A DNA stretch of 55,727 nt, the filler included, from Sluysia triapertura (Eukaryota), in the NCBI GenBank assembly GCA_046118255.1. It is 4 parts of 4 records of this genome, joined end to end, with 100 filler letters (N's around TTAATTAATTAA, not from the genome) between each part and the next. Parts side by side here need not be neighbours in the genome. Positions count along the whole stretch, not along the records: positions 39,670 to 55,727 come from JBJNIA010211698.1; 3 more parts are not named here. One strand, written 5' to 3'. Each line of letters opens with the position of its first letter. Position 1 is the stretch's first letter. Shown here in pieces: positions 40,181 to 52,887 of this stretch. The notes beneath the pieces are model-generated. The model had not been told where the DNA came from and did not search any database. It was given only the letters and a program-made list of their open reading frames with translations. The position numbers and the translations under genes are program-made.

Positions 40181-41863
40181 ATGTTAATAAATTTTCTTTT
40201 TGAAGTGTTGATAATTGGTGATCCCAAAGTCGGAAAAACATCATTTGTAAATCGCTATATTCATGATACTTTTCAAGATCATTATAAAGTAACAATAGGT
40301 GTCGATTTTGCATTGAAAGAAGCTTTTTGGCACTATTATAGAAAATTTAAAATGAAATTACGGGATATTGCTGGACAAGAACGATATTCATCAATGGCAA
40401 GAGTGTATTATAAAGAAGCTAGTGGTTGTATATTGATGTTTGATTTATCAGATAAAAAATCATTTCAAAGCGTAACAAAATGGAAAAAAGACAGTAAGTT
40501 ATTTGATATAGACAAGTTATCAGTAATAGATGCAGTGCCAATCAGCAAAAAGAAAAGCGATACACATGGAATGACTAAAGAAACTCTAAAAATCGGTAAG
40601 CTGTCTAATATGTGCGAATTGTTAATTATAGTTGCAATATTAACCGAAAATGCTACAAGCCACATCTGGAGATCAACTTTCGATGTAGCCAGTTCTACTG
40701 TCGCAATTAAGAAAACGTCAAATTTAAATCTTAAAGATCAAATGCCGAACTCTGTTTATGATAATTGGAATGTTCCTAAAACTTTGCAGAATAGAGAACC
40801 GTTCAATTTTATTGATATCATATTAAAATTATTGTATTCTAATATTGTTATGCATTTTACGATTAAGTTGAAGTTAATTCAGCACTTGGTACTGAGCAAT
40901 GGTATTCCTATTTTAAAGAAATGTTTACGTTACTTAGTTTGTAAAGTTAATCGAAGGTGTAGGCTTATTCATTTTGGTTTTGTAGGCGATCTTTCTATCA
41001 ACAACCGACTTGGACAAGAATATTGTTTGCTGAGTACCAAGAGCGAGTTCGTAGGTTTAAGAACTGGCGGTGTAAATTTTTGTTCGATTTATTGTTTTTT
41101 GATTTTTATTTTGAAATCGACATGTGATTCTCACAGAAGTATGTTTGTTTGTGTCGTGTATGTTGAGAGTATGATGCATTACTGCCATGACAAATTTACT
41201 CTTATGATGTATCTTCACGTCAAGCTAGATTTTTGGAATAATTCGTTTATTTTTACGCCTCCTCGTGCATATACAAGATTCCACTGCGAATTCACAATTA
41301 TGGGTCACCTTAAGGTTAGAAGTTTAGGCAAAATCGATAATTATAACATATGTATACGTAATTGTCTAGATCGGCATAAAATTTTAAATAATTTTAAAAT
41401 CTGTTCCACCTACATTGTTGTATATCTTTGGTATGAAGCTTTTATCGTGTTTGAGCCTGGTGAGATAGTTTTTGTTCAAAATGTCGGAAAGAGTGGAAAC
41501 TTTGGAGCGATATTCTACAGTCTCGCGATTGATAGTGAATGTAAGTTTTGTACTATTTTACTTGTTAAATTTTTTAATGTGTCAACAATCTTTATCAATC
41601 TCTTTTTAGGTGTGTATAATACAAATTTTTCATGTTCTTATTCAAAAATTGTTGTTTGTAAAGAAATTTTCGAGTGCCTTAAGCACCGATTTTGTCGAAC
41701 CCGTTGTAACGATACGTGTAACAAAAATAACAACGGTAATCTTAAACTCTTAAATGATAAGATACTAACAACAATACCAACCAATGCTAAATTTAATTGT
41801 GAAATTATAAATGAAATATTGTTTTCAAAATACTTCACTGATAGATCAACTCTAGTTTATTAA
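40181..41863 (+). CDS. 560-aa ORF: N-terminal half of a Rab32/38/29-subfamily GTPase fused to ~455 aa of unrelated Cys/hydrophobic-rich sequence
   Basis: GDPKVGKTS (G1), TIGVDFALK, (W>R)DIAGQE (the subfamily-diagnostic DIAGQE), RVYYKEA and KWKKD are present. No NKxD or SAK motif follows. Confidence 0.75.
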   Translation: MLINFLFEVLIIGDPKVGKTSFVNRYIHDTFQDHYKVTIGVDFALKEAFWHYYRKFKMKLRDIAGQERYSSMARVYYKEASGCILMFDLSDKKSFQSVTKWKKDSKLFDIDKLSVIDAVPISKKKSDTHGMTKETLKIGKLSNMCELLIIVAILTENATSHIWRSTFDVASSTVAIKKTSNLNLKDQMPNSVYDNWNVPKTLQNREPFNFIDIILKLLYSNIVMHFTIKLKLIQHLVLSNGIPILKKCLRYLVCKVNRRCRLIHFGFVGDLSINNRLGQEYCLLSTKSEFVGLRTGGVNFCSIYCFLIFILKSTCDSHRSMFVCVVYVESMMHYCHDKFTLMMYLHVKLDFWNNSFIFTPPRAYTRFHCEFTIMGHLKVRSLGKIDNYNICIRNCLDRHKILNNFKICSTYIVVYLWYEAFIVFEPGEIVFVQNVGKSGNFGAIFYSLAIDSECKFCTILLVKFFNVSTIFINLFLGVYNTNFSCSYSKIVVCKEIFECLKHRFCRTRCNDTCNKNNNGNLKLLNDKILTTIPTNAKFNCEIINEILFSKYFTDRSTLVY

Positions 41864-43329
41864 AGCTCAAAAATTTAATTTCCGGAATAGATATTTATGT
41901 AGAACTTTATTACATTTATTCATGTTTCATGTGGTTTTTTTATTTTCCTTTTTTCTCTAACAATAAATTTCATCGTCTTTGTGTTTTTAATTAAAACGTT
42001 ATGATAGCCCTTAGGATGTTCAAGAAACAGTAAACAATGCGAGTTTTTCTTAATAAATTCTTTATAAATCGAAGATCTGTTAAGGTGAAAGATCGAAACC
42101 TTGGTTCTTGATCGCGGTTTGTCTGTATTTGTATTTACTCGATTTATTAAATAGCGTTCCTTTCTTTATATAAGTTAGCTCTAATGTTATTTTATAATTT
42201 CTTATACAATTACTGTTCAAGATTAATACTGAACGAATCATTAGGTCTCCACATCCTTTTGTTCTTCAATTAATTAAATAACAACGAAAAACTACGAATA
42301 CTTATACAATTAATTTATAATAAGTAGAATGAATAAGAATGAATAATTTGAGTAGATTTTAACCCTTACATTGAATAAGGGATAAACTTAACATTAATAA
42401 CTTACGATCTATACAGTAAGATAGAAATTAATAATAGAATTGGCGGAGTGAATTTAGTAGCAGCACGTTTGGCTAACAAAATCAGAATCAATAAATGGTT
42501 ATTGAATACTGACGTGTTTTTTATTGTGCGTCCTTTACATGTCTATATTTATATATTCAGCTGTTCCATTAAAAATCCATTAAACATTGATTAATTTATT
42601 TACAAAAAAGATTACTTTTAAAAATCCATTTGTTTAACGGATACAGTTAATTCAAAATATTTCATTAATGGATTTCCATTAAAATAATAATTGATTAATA
42701 TGAAAATTAATACTTGATAAAACATTTTATTTAATTTTGATGTTGAATTAAAATATTGTATTTATTTTCAGATATGTACACTCTTATACTCTTAATATAT
42801 TAATTTGACATTTATGATTATAAAAAACTAATAAAATATTAAACTTATTATTAGATATAAGTAATTGATAATGGCACTTAATATTAACCTGGTATTGTAC
42901 CTAAAAAATAAATTAATATAATTTTTATGTAAACTCACTGATGGCTCGAAAAAGGCAGTATTTTAAGCCAAAATTTTAAAAGGGTTAGACACTTTTAGGG
43001 AAATTACATCAAACTTACAAACATACTTCATCACATACGAATGTTTCTTACATTATCAAAACACTACTTGACTGATTCAAGAACAGACGATCATTGTACA
43101 TAGTTATCATGAGTTATGGTTATTGTTACAAATTCCATTGTAATAACAATCCTTATAATAATACCACCAATATCATATTAAAATATATAATAGTTCTATT
43201 ATTGTTATTATGATTTCTGTTATTTTGTATTATTTCGTTTGTATTAATTTGTATATATTTATTTATAGGTATATATGTATATTTCTATTTATATGTTATC
43301 AGTTACATGTTATATGTTATCTCACTCGG

Positions 43330-44350
43330 ATTACTTATTGAAAACCATGTCACAAAGTCAAATTGAATGGATTCTAATTGTAAATTCATTAATATGCTTG
43401 CAATGATATTACATCGTGATATTGATCGTTACAAGCTAGATATGGAAGAAGCACAAGAATCCGGTTGGAAATTGTACATGGAGATGTCTCCCGACCACCT
43501 AAAATGGGAATGACTATTGTTCATCTTTAGTTCAAGTAGCGAAAAAGATTGGTGATAATAGGTTTTGTATGGATTTCAAATGTGCAGATAAAGAGTTGAA
43601 AATAAAAACCTTTGTCATACTCACAAGAAATTACTTTTAAATTGGTTGGAATGCACATTGCTCAATTCAAAAAAGTGATTATCAAATTTTAGTTCCTTTT
43701 TTTGGAAGATTCAAAATTGGCTTTATTTTTGCTCCAGAAATCAATGGCTCACTTAAATTACATTAATGGAGTCATGTACTATATGACTGACATTTTAGAA
43801 TTTGGAAGCAATTTCAAGGAAAGTGACATGTTCAGTATCATCTGAAATCATTTAATGTAAATATCAATAAAATAAAAGTAAAGTAACGTTCTCGGTCCAG
43901 AAAAATTAAAAGCAATCGAACCATATCTAACATCGACTGATCAAACTTGACTATGCGCATTTGTAAGAAGTGTGGTGCATGATCCAGAAGTTGAATGCAC
44001 AAATTAAAATTATAGCTTGGTAGGATGAATTCTCTTCATTATTTTAGAAATGAAGATCCATTTGAAATTACATTCGATGTTAGTGAATATAGAATCGGAG
44101 CGGTTTTTATTATAGATAGGACAAGCATTTATCACGTACACAGTGTAAACTCCATGTTGTGGAAATTAGATATTTTCAATCAGAAAATGAATGTATTGTT
44201 TGGTGTTGAAGATCTTAAATTATTCATCTGATTGAGTATTTGCTTTATCAATTGATAATATTTTTGCGTCACAGTTTTTAAAAGGATTTGACAAGTTTAA
44301 TTCTAAGATGGTTATTGCGATTTCAGGATAATTCATTTATGTAGAAGAAA
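43330..44350 (+). mobile_element. Ty3/Gypsy pol (RT-RNase H) remnant
   Basis: VAKKIGDNRFCMDFK (cf. V.KKDG..R.C.DYR), GPEKLKAI, LHYFRNEDPFEITFDVSEYRIGAVF (cf. L..FD...P..L..DAS..GIGAVL) and VLFGVEDL. The sequence is heavily frameshifted. Confidence 0.7.
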
Positions 44351-45944
44351 ATTAAATTGCCTATAGTCCATCGAATATTTCACTCTCAGTATACATGAAA
44401 TCAGAGGATATAAATGATTTTGGTATAACATTAACAGTTTGATTCCATTTGAATATTATATATTGAGAGTTGATTAAAGGATCTGTATTCTTAATTGGGA
44501 ATTGCACGAGGTTGTCGTTGGTATTATTAATATGACCTAATTGATAAAATCTTACTGCTCTAATTTCAATATTAAATTTTATTTTACTTTATTTAAGGAT
44601 GATTTTAATTTGAAATGTATGTCAGAATATAGATGCACTTTATTATTATTATATTGCATGTTATCACTATTATCATTATCAACAATATTATCGTTATCAC
44701 CATTATTTTTTATTATTATTGTCATTATGATTGTTATCATTGTAATCATCATTACCATCGTTACAATCATTATCTTTATTATTGTTATTATTTAATATTA
44801 TGATTATTATATTACATATTATCATTACTATTATTAATTTACAAATTTTTATATTTAATTTTTTTTATTTGAATTTTATCAACTCAAAAATAATGAGTAG
44901 GTAAAATTTAACTAATATTGTATTAGTTATTGTTGCAGTATCACTATTATTACTATAATTATCATTATTTTAAATGTTTCTTTAAAAACTTCTGAATAAT
45001 CATTTTGGATGCATAAGTCAATGAACATATTGTCTTTATTAAATTTACATTGATGCATAAAATGCAATACAGTAAGATATACGCGCTTAAAAATTGAAAA
45101 TCCAAATTAATTATGAAATTGTGAATTACTGTGCTTAAAAGAATGACTACAGAACCAAAAATATTGATTATTTTCTAACGTTTATATGTGACCTTAACAG
45201 AAGGATTAAAGTAATCAATGAAAATATACTTCAAAATGTTGTCTTTTAATAGTACCTCTACCATTTTTATTGAAATTACGCACATCTTTTATTATCTTTA
45301 AAAATTATACTAGCTTTATTGAGAAATCTTTTTAAAAATATGACAGTGTGAAATTACGATAATCCTTGCTGTCTTTTAAAATATATTCTGTCATATCGTA
45401 AGAATTTGCATCACACAAAATCACAAATCATTATACTTTACCATGACATAAAATTCTTTAATGTCTATCGTTTTATTATACATGAGATCAAAAAATCGTG
45501 ATTTAACTCCGTTATCGTGAATTTCACACTTGAAATTTGTTAAATTTATTCTCAAATCACGCGTTTTGTAATTTCGTATAATTATTTCGTAATACTGTTG
45601 CGTCTTTGAAATTAATATTAACAATAAACGAATATCAATTTAATTTACTTAAATAGAATCTCAAATAATTTCACTATTCACTAGATCAAGCATAACTTAT
45701 AATAAATTTTCTTATTTTAATAATACGTTCTTAATTCAAATTAATTATAATAACTCAATAATATAATAATTACAAGTTAAAATAAAAGTAAACTAAATTT
45801 CAAAATTAATAATAATATTTATGACAATATTAAGACCACAATAATCTATCAAAGAAACCAGAAGTGGCGTAACAAACAACAAAAATTAAAATACGAAGAT
45901 ATAATAATACTTATATCAAAGTCGAATAACTCTTCTAACTTCGT

Positions 45945-46195
45945 AACCGAAAAGCTATAAAATAATTTAATTAACACTAATTTATTTAATTAATTTATTA
46001 TTATTAATATTGAAAAATGTAATTCAATTAAAATTTAATTATTATTAATTTTAATTAAATAGAACAAAAGAACAAATTTACAATTTTCTATATATAATTT
46101 TAATTATTATTGAATTATTAATATTATTACTACTATTGAAAAATGTAAATCAATAAAATTTATTTATTAAATAGAATTATTAATTTTAATTATAC
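45945..46195 (+). repeat. AT-rich degenerate satellite (GAACAAAAGAA / TACTACTATTGAAAAA units)
   Basis: The same units recur in 48500-48960, and AACCGAAAAGCTATAAAATAATTT occurs at both ~45946 and ~49071. Confidence 0.75.
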
Positions 46196-46559
46196 TTATG
46201 TGGTGGTCCAGCCCACACCTGCGTACACATCACATAATCATAACAACCAAATACACAAACCTCATCACAAAAATTACATTACAAGTCTTGTCCATACCAT
46301 TCACTATATCACATCATTCATTATTACAAAATCACAGATGCCTAATAAAATTCTTTTTATTAACATTTTGATCAAAACATTAAACACGACGCTCGTTGTC
46401 ATCCTGTCATCATTACGACACAATCTTTTTTTGTCTCGAATTTTTCATTCTACATTTTTACAATTTATTGTTGTATTGTTTATGCACTTAAATCGAGATC
46501 GTAATGAAGAAATATCTGTTTTATATCACGTGAATAGTTCAAATAATCATAATAGAGAC

Positions 46560-46690
46560 AATAAATTTGCTGAAGTTATTCAAATATTACATTGTCTACG
46601 TTTAGAAAAATATGTTGATATATCTGCTAAAAATGAGGTAGATTTTAAAACACTTTGTAGTTCGTCAGAAGATGGTTTTGTCGAGTCACA
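46560..46690 (+). pseudogene. SAM-domain fragment at the end of ORF 46200-46715
   Basis: EVIQILHCLRLEKYVDISAKNEVDFKTLCSSSEDGFVE matches SAM L..LGL.KY...F...EVD...L..L.E.DL.E. Confidence 0.6.
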
Positions 46691-47257
46691 ACACACCTAC
46701 ACACATATCAATTAAAAAGTTGTATAACTGCTAATATTATGTTTTGAGTTATTCCTATTCGACATTTAATTTCAATAGACAGAATCGATATTTATTTAAA
46801 ATAACTTTAGTTTTTGCTTTCATTTGTCTACGATACTGAAGGCTGACCATATTTTATTTAATTTTAAAATAAGATTTTGCTTTTTTCACGCCAACGTGTG
46901 CGATTTCAAAAAAACATTTTGGGTCCGATTTGCGTATTTTTGACATTGTTTATTAATAATACTCATTTATTTGCTGTTTTTCTACCACAATCCACAATTA
47001 TTTTGTTTTTCTGTGACCTTTTGAATTATTTTATTTTTTTATTTAAAAATAAATTCAACATTTCAAAATATTGAATTTAAAAAATGAATTTATGCAGTGA
47101 ATATTCTATTTTTATATTATTATCATTATTTTTATCATTACTATTATCATTTTTATTATTTTTATAAAACTATATAGTTAAATTAGTTGAGTGCCCTTGA
47201 AAATAGTTTTTGTAGAATGCTTTAGTTGCTTTTCGAAAATTTTTGAAATTATATGAA

Positions 47258-47635
47258 ATGAATTCGCACGAGGCTCGTTATTCAAATGATAGTAAATTTC
47301 GTAATTGTGTAAATCAAGTTGATAGATGTCTCAAAGGCTTTGAATATTCAATACAATCGGCTGATTTAGTAACTAATTTAACAAAGTTGATTAAAGCCTT
47401 ACAAGCTAACGCAAAATCTATTGCTATTCCAAGAAAACAGATTACTGGCAAAATCTGATCACCATGTCTTCATCCTTTATCGCCAAGTGGTGTACAGATC
47501 AAAGCATTAGAATGTTATGATATTATATTTCGAAATATTAGTCCTCAAAATTTATCTGATGATTTATTTATGTACTGAACGGGTTTGTTTCCATTTATGT
47601 CGCCAGCTGTAACAAATGTAAGAAAACCACTTTGA
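47258..47635 (+). pseudogene. DOP1: Dopey (DOP1/pad-1) N-terminal domain fragment, intronless, with in-frame stops at 47456 and 47576
   Basis: MNSHE...DSKFRNCVNQVDRCLKGFEYS.QSADL..NL.KL.KALQ...IPRK...GK*.PCLHPLSPSGVQIKALECYDIIF...DLFMY*TGLFP is colinear with the Dopey N-terminus. Confidence 0.88.
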
Positions 47636-47744
47636 TTTAAACAACTACTATTAAACATTGAAGTTAAGGATTTTATTGTTGAAGATGCAGTGTCTTTCGT
47701 TAAAGGTATGTGTAATAGCGTCGCAGAAAGAGATATTTATCGTG

Positions 47745-48070
47745 GTGACTGTCGTTTTAAAAGTAAAAAAATAGTGACATTATTTTAAAATGTGTTCTTA
47801 AATTCAGAGACGTCATTTTTATTTTATTCCATAAAGTTTATAAAGATAATCGTGTTATTTTAAAATGTTTCATGTCACAATGTTTATAAAGACGAACATG
47901 CTATTCTAAAATGTAATTCATTTCGTAAAGTTTATAAAGATGATGATGATTTAACGAATGCTTACTTTGGTAAACATAAAGATGTTAATTTTAAATGTTT
48001 TGTTTTATAACTTGCATCAAGATAAAGATATTATTTTAATGTGCGTTTCGTTTTATAAAAATGATGAGGA
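47745..48070 (+). repeat. Degenerate minisatellite (...AAAGA...TTATTTTAAAATGT...)
   Basis: [G/C]TTATT[T/C]TAAAATGT and TTTATAAAGA recur several times. Confidence 0.5.
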
Positions 48071-48499
48071 TGAAACAAAAGCTTACTTGGAAGATAAAGA
48101 TACTATGTCGAGACGAAAGCCAGATTGCCGCTTCCGGTCATAAGGAAGCTGTTCACACGGTATTGGGCAGAGCAGTGACCCCATGTCAGCTGGAACTGTT
48201 ACCGTCGAGAATGTAAGCGTTACGTGCTTGATTTCTTTTTTGTGTCTCAAGAATGATGATAAAACCATTGTTGTAGACACTAAATAAAGAAGTTTTGTTA
48301 TTTTTGTTTTAAAGGTTTTCGTGATAATAAAATTTTCATGTGCCTTAAGCACCAATTTCTAATTATATTTACATAAATTTGGATAATAATTTCTGTAATC
48401 AATTAAATACCAGTTACATCTAATGATAATAGAATTAATATTAGACATCGAAACAATAACCATAATAAAATTAAAATTGATAAGCTTAATATAACCACT

Positions 48500-49205
48500 A
48501 TAACTTATTAATTATTAATAATATTACTACTATTGAAAAACGTATATCAAGTAAAATTTATTTATTATTATTAAATATTAATTATTAATTTATTTAAGTA
48601 GAACAAAAGAACTTACATTTTAAATTTCCCATATATATAATTTTAATTTAATTATTAATTTAATAATAAAATTAATTTAATTATTAATTTTAATTAACTA
48701 GAACAAAAGAATATAAATTTACAACATCCTGTTTATAATTTTAATTATAATTATTTATTAAATTATATTATTAATATTACTACTATTTAAAAATGTAAAT
48801 CAATTAAAATTTATTAAAAATTATTAATTTTAATTAAAAGGAACAAAAGAACATAAATTTACAATTTCATATAAATAATTTTAAGTATTATTAATTATGA
48901 TTAAATTATTAATTTTAATTAAATAGAACAAAAGAACATATATTTTCAATTTCTTGAATATGACAAATCCATTATAACTCGAAGTATAAATTGAAATTGA
49001 AATTATTAATTAAAATTTCAATTTCCAAAGAACTTGAAATTAATAATACTTATATCTATTCAAGCTTAATAACCGAAAAGCTATAAAATAATTTGGGCAG
49101 GGAGTCTCTCAAAATTCAATTAAAATAAATGTAACACTAGTTTAATTGGAAAATAATTAAATAATTCAAAATAACTTGGGTGGAGTCTCCAAAAAATCAA
49201 ATAAA
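48500..49205 (+). repeat. AT-rich degenerate satellite, second block
   Basis: GAACAAAAGAA at 48601, 48701, 48841 and 48926, and GGAGTCTC duplicated at ~49101 and ~49182. Confidence 0.75.
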
Positions 49206-50829
49206 AAAATTAAATTATATTAATATTAACAGAAGCAAAATAAAAATATCCCAAAAAATTATTTAATGATAAAAAGTTACCAGTCATGGATGTTCTCATT
49301 TTACTAATAATTTGATAGATGACTGTATGATTGCGTTGTAAATATTTTAAGTATTCGCTTTTATACCTCTGTATCGTCCAATCCGTCTCAAACTCAAAAT
49401 CAGGAATTACTCTTGCACAAATCATCAAAACCTCCTTTAAAGATTGGCATGACCTGTACTCTAACGAATTTAATTAATTTTAAATTCCTCACTCAATTTT
49501 CTAATGGAAAATGCTTAAGGTTCTTATGCCCAAACAAACAATTTCGCAAATATTTCAACCTCATTTTCGGATTCTTCTCTTTCGTAAAAGTCATTTTATA
49601 TTCAATTCATTATCTGTTCATCATTCTAAATATGTAAAATTCAATGTATTTTACTTTAAAATTAATTGAAATCTGACTTTACTCAATATGGAGGCTTTCC
49701 TCGCATGAACTAGGTTAAACTTTATCTTCGTCGGAAGATCTATTTAAAACACGTACGTGCACAGTTACAATTTTAACATAGCATTCTTCATTCAAAAGTT
49801 ATTCACATAAACATGATTTTTCTTAATTAAGTTAATTAAGATTTTAATTATTTAAACTCATTTTATTTCTAAGTTTACACCGTCTTATCTTTCTCATTTT
49901 TCTTGTTTGTATGCATGTGTATATAAAATTGTATAGAGGTCTGCATTTTTTGTATGTATGCTTATTCTGTTTCACTCCTTTTATATTTTATTACTCGAAC
50001 TGCATTTCATATCGGTGATATTCTAACGACCTTTTGAAAGATTGATTAACTATAACTAATAATGATACACTGTCAAAATTGAATGGAGATTTAACCGAAT
50101 GTAATGATGAGCTAGAAACATCTAAGAGTGATCAAATTCAAAGTAATAAAACTGCTCTTAGTAGGGCCAAAATAAGCAGCTTAAAACACGAACTTTGGTA
50201 AAAGTTAGTAATTAAAAATCTTCAACATGAAAAGCTTGTTAACAAAGAATTAGTTCTTAGAGTTCAAGACCATTTTTGTAATAAAATTTAATATTTTCAA
50301 GAATACTATGAAACTACTAATCAAAAGTTTATACAAATATTGATCTAAAAAGTTGAACGATAACTACTTTCTCAAAAGAAATTCCGGTGCAAGTAAAATA
50401 ATAGATAAAAAATACTGAGATCCAAAACATAGAAATCTTATTCATGTACAATGATAAAGCAATTTACTACTACTACCACTTGTAGTTTATTATTTTGTTC
50501 ATTGTAATAATTAGTTTATTAATTTATTAGTCTTTATAAACGAAATTGTTTTGTTTTTATTAAGAAATGATAATTACAATTAAAATTATGTTTTGTTAAA
50601 ATTTTCATTACAAAAATCAATTCAAATTTCTTTAAACATAAGAACGAATAAAAATAACAGCTAGAAAAATCTATTTTTATTATAATTAAATAAAATTTAA
50701 ATTTTTTTCTATGTTGCTTAACTGCCTTCTGAATGTGTCCTGGCATGTTTTCAGTTGTATTTATAAAAAGATAAAAACATAAAAATTGATTCATATCAAA
50801 ATAAATTAAAATAAATTGCAAAATTACTT

Positions 50830-51287
50830 TCGAATCTTTTTGAATCACTGGATCAAATGGTATGCTAGCTCGACTGACATTAAAATCATTAGCAGCACCA
50901 ATAGAATAATTTTGAATGTCAGATAAGATTGTCAAACTTGATAATAGAGAATTGATTATATCATAGTGGTTGTTGGGATCTGCTGGATAACCGAGACTAT
51001 CTCTGAACTCGTAGAAACTGGCAATACTGACAATTATTCCCATACCTGAAGCATTCCCCAGTTTGGGTTGTTTGATATAAACAAAGACCCATCTTGTAAT
51101 TATTGTCGTTGTGGAGAAACTTAAAACAGCCAGTTCTTGATCTTTTATTTGTCACATCTGTTTTTAAAGGTGTTACTTTACTTGTCATGACATATGAATC
51201 GACATCTACTATATTTGGAATAACTAATTTATGAAAAGCTAAAAATATATTAATAGAAAATTCTGTAACTTGATCATCAACTGTCAT
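50830..51287 (-). pseudogene. Second Unkempt-type CCCH gene copy, frameshifted in the last zinc ligand
   Basis: GCFKFLH...NYKMGLCLYQTTQTGECFRYGNNCQYC continues as SFYEFRD in another frame, consistent with a small deletion that removed the His. Confidence 0.6.
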
Positions 51288-52718
51288 AATTAATCTATGA
51301 ATACTTTTATTTTAGTTTGCAATTTTATAATGCAAAGAACAAACATGATTTAAACGAAATTGTTTAGACTGAGGTGTATAAAATCGGTTAATCAAAATTT
51401 TTGTACTAATGTTTTGTACTTGTACTAATTTAACATAAATGTCATTATTTGGATAATTCAAAATATTTATAACTTTCGACAGTATCTTGAATGTTTCACG
51501 AATCATATTTTATTTTTACTGGTTAATCATTCTAATCTTTATAATAATTCAATACATCTTCAGATCTATCTTTTATTTGCTTGCCATGAACAATATAACC
51601 AATTTTTAAAGGTTTTGATGGAAAAATGAGTAAAATGTTATGGAATATGATTTTATGAGCGATATGTTTCATTAAGTATGAAATGTTTTGAATTAATTTT
51701 TAAGTATATCTTTGATGATTTTCGATGTTGAATATGTTTTTGGTGTTATGAAATTTTATGTTTAGAATGTTTGGAAGTATTAAGAATTATGAAATGTTCT
51801 GAAAGGTGATTTTGTTGTACATTGTTGAAATAAAATTTTAAAATAGTGGGTTGACCGCCAAACTAATACTACTTTTCGGCAATTTCGCCATCGTATCTGA
51901 AATTATAAAATAAATAAATATAAAAATTTATGCTAATTAATTACTAAGTTAAAAATTTGAAAAAAAACTAGTTAAAAATTATGCAAAATTATTTATGGAA
52001 TAATTTATGTCAACGATGAATTCAATTATATAATTCAACATAATTATAAAGCAAATCATGCAAAAACACTTATCAATGGAGCTGCTATCGAATGTTCTTC
52101 TGAATTAATTTATAATAAAAACGTTATTAAATTTTGTTTTCGTGTTTTCAAAGGTATTAAGCCTGTTTTGTTTCTTAATTCATGGAAGTTTAAAAGTTTA
52201 ATTCGTTAAGCAATTTTGAATACAATTAGTACATAAAAATAGCTAAAGTTTTAAATAGATTTAAGTCCTCCAAAGGTATCTTAATATTTAAAGATTTTTC
52301 CAAACCTTACTTAAGTCTTCATAAAGGTCTCAATATCCTAGAAAAATCCTTGGAACTCGAAGGTGTTCTTCGGTTTCAAAATGGTTATAAACATTCGTAC
52401 CTTTTAACTTATTTTCTATGCACTAATTAGACTGCTCCAAGAATACATTTAATTTGTTTTGAGTTTAATGTTCATCTCCAGATATTTTTAAACGATGATA
52501 GTGTTTATTGTTGTTTTACTTATGATATATCTAGCTAATAACTATTAATACCTAACACTGACGAATAAGGTTTTCTCAATCAAAATAATGAAAATAGATG
52601 ATTACTGTCCTGAAAAAATAAATGGTAGCACCGTATCTATGAGGCATTGTGGTTGCTATGAATGGACTAAAAGAAAGTCACTTTCACGAATAAAATGACC
52701 AATTATTTTTCCATTTAG

Positions 52719-52887
52719 ATTTTGCAACACAATGGAGAAGGCTTGTGTGGATACTGTCGACAACGGTCGGATGACGAAAGATTTGGCAATTTGCATACAC
52801 GGAATGAGCAAGGTACAACCTAATCACTATTTGAACACAGTCGATTTTCTGGATGCTATATCTGAGCAATACAATCGGACAAAGTAA
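52719..52887 (+). CDS. IDH: Isolated last exon of NADP-dependent isocitrate dehydrogenase (IDH1/IDH2 type), missed by the ORF track
   Basis: After acceptor TTCCATTTAG the frame reads FCNTMEKACVDTVDNGRMTKDLAICIHGMSKVQPNHYLNTVDFLDAISEQYNRTK*, carrying the MTKDLA.CIHG and YLNT.DFLD motifs. Confidence 0.88.

Noticed and set aside
42440-42500. LANKI as the missing Rab G4 exon
   Set aside because: No Asp of NKxD, no downstream SAK/CAAX and no good splice context.
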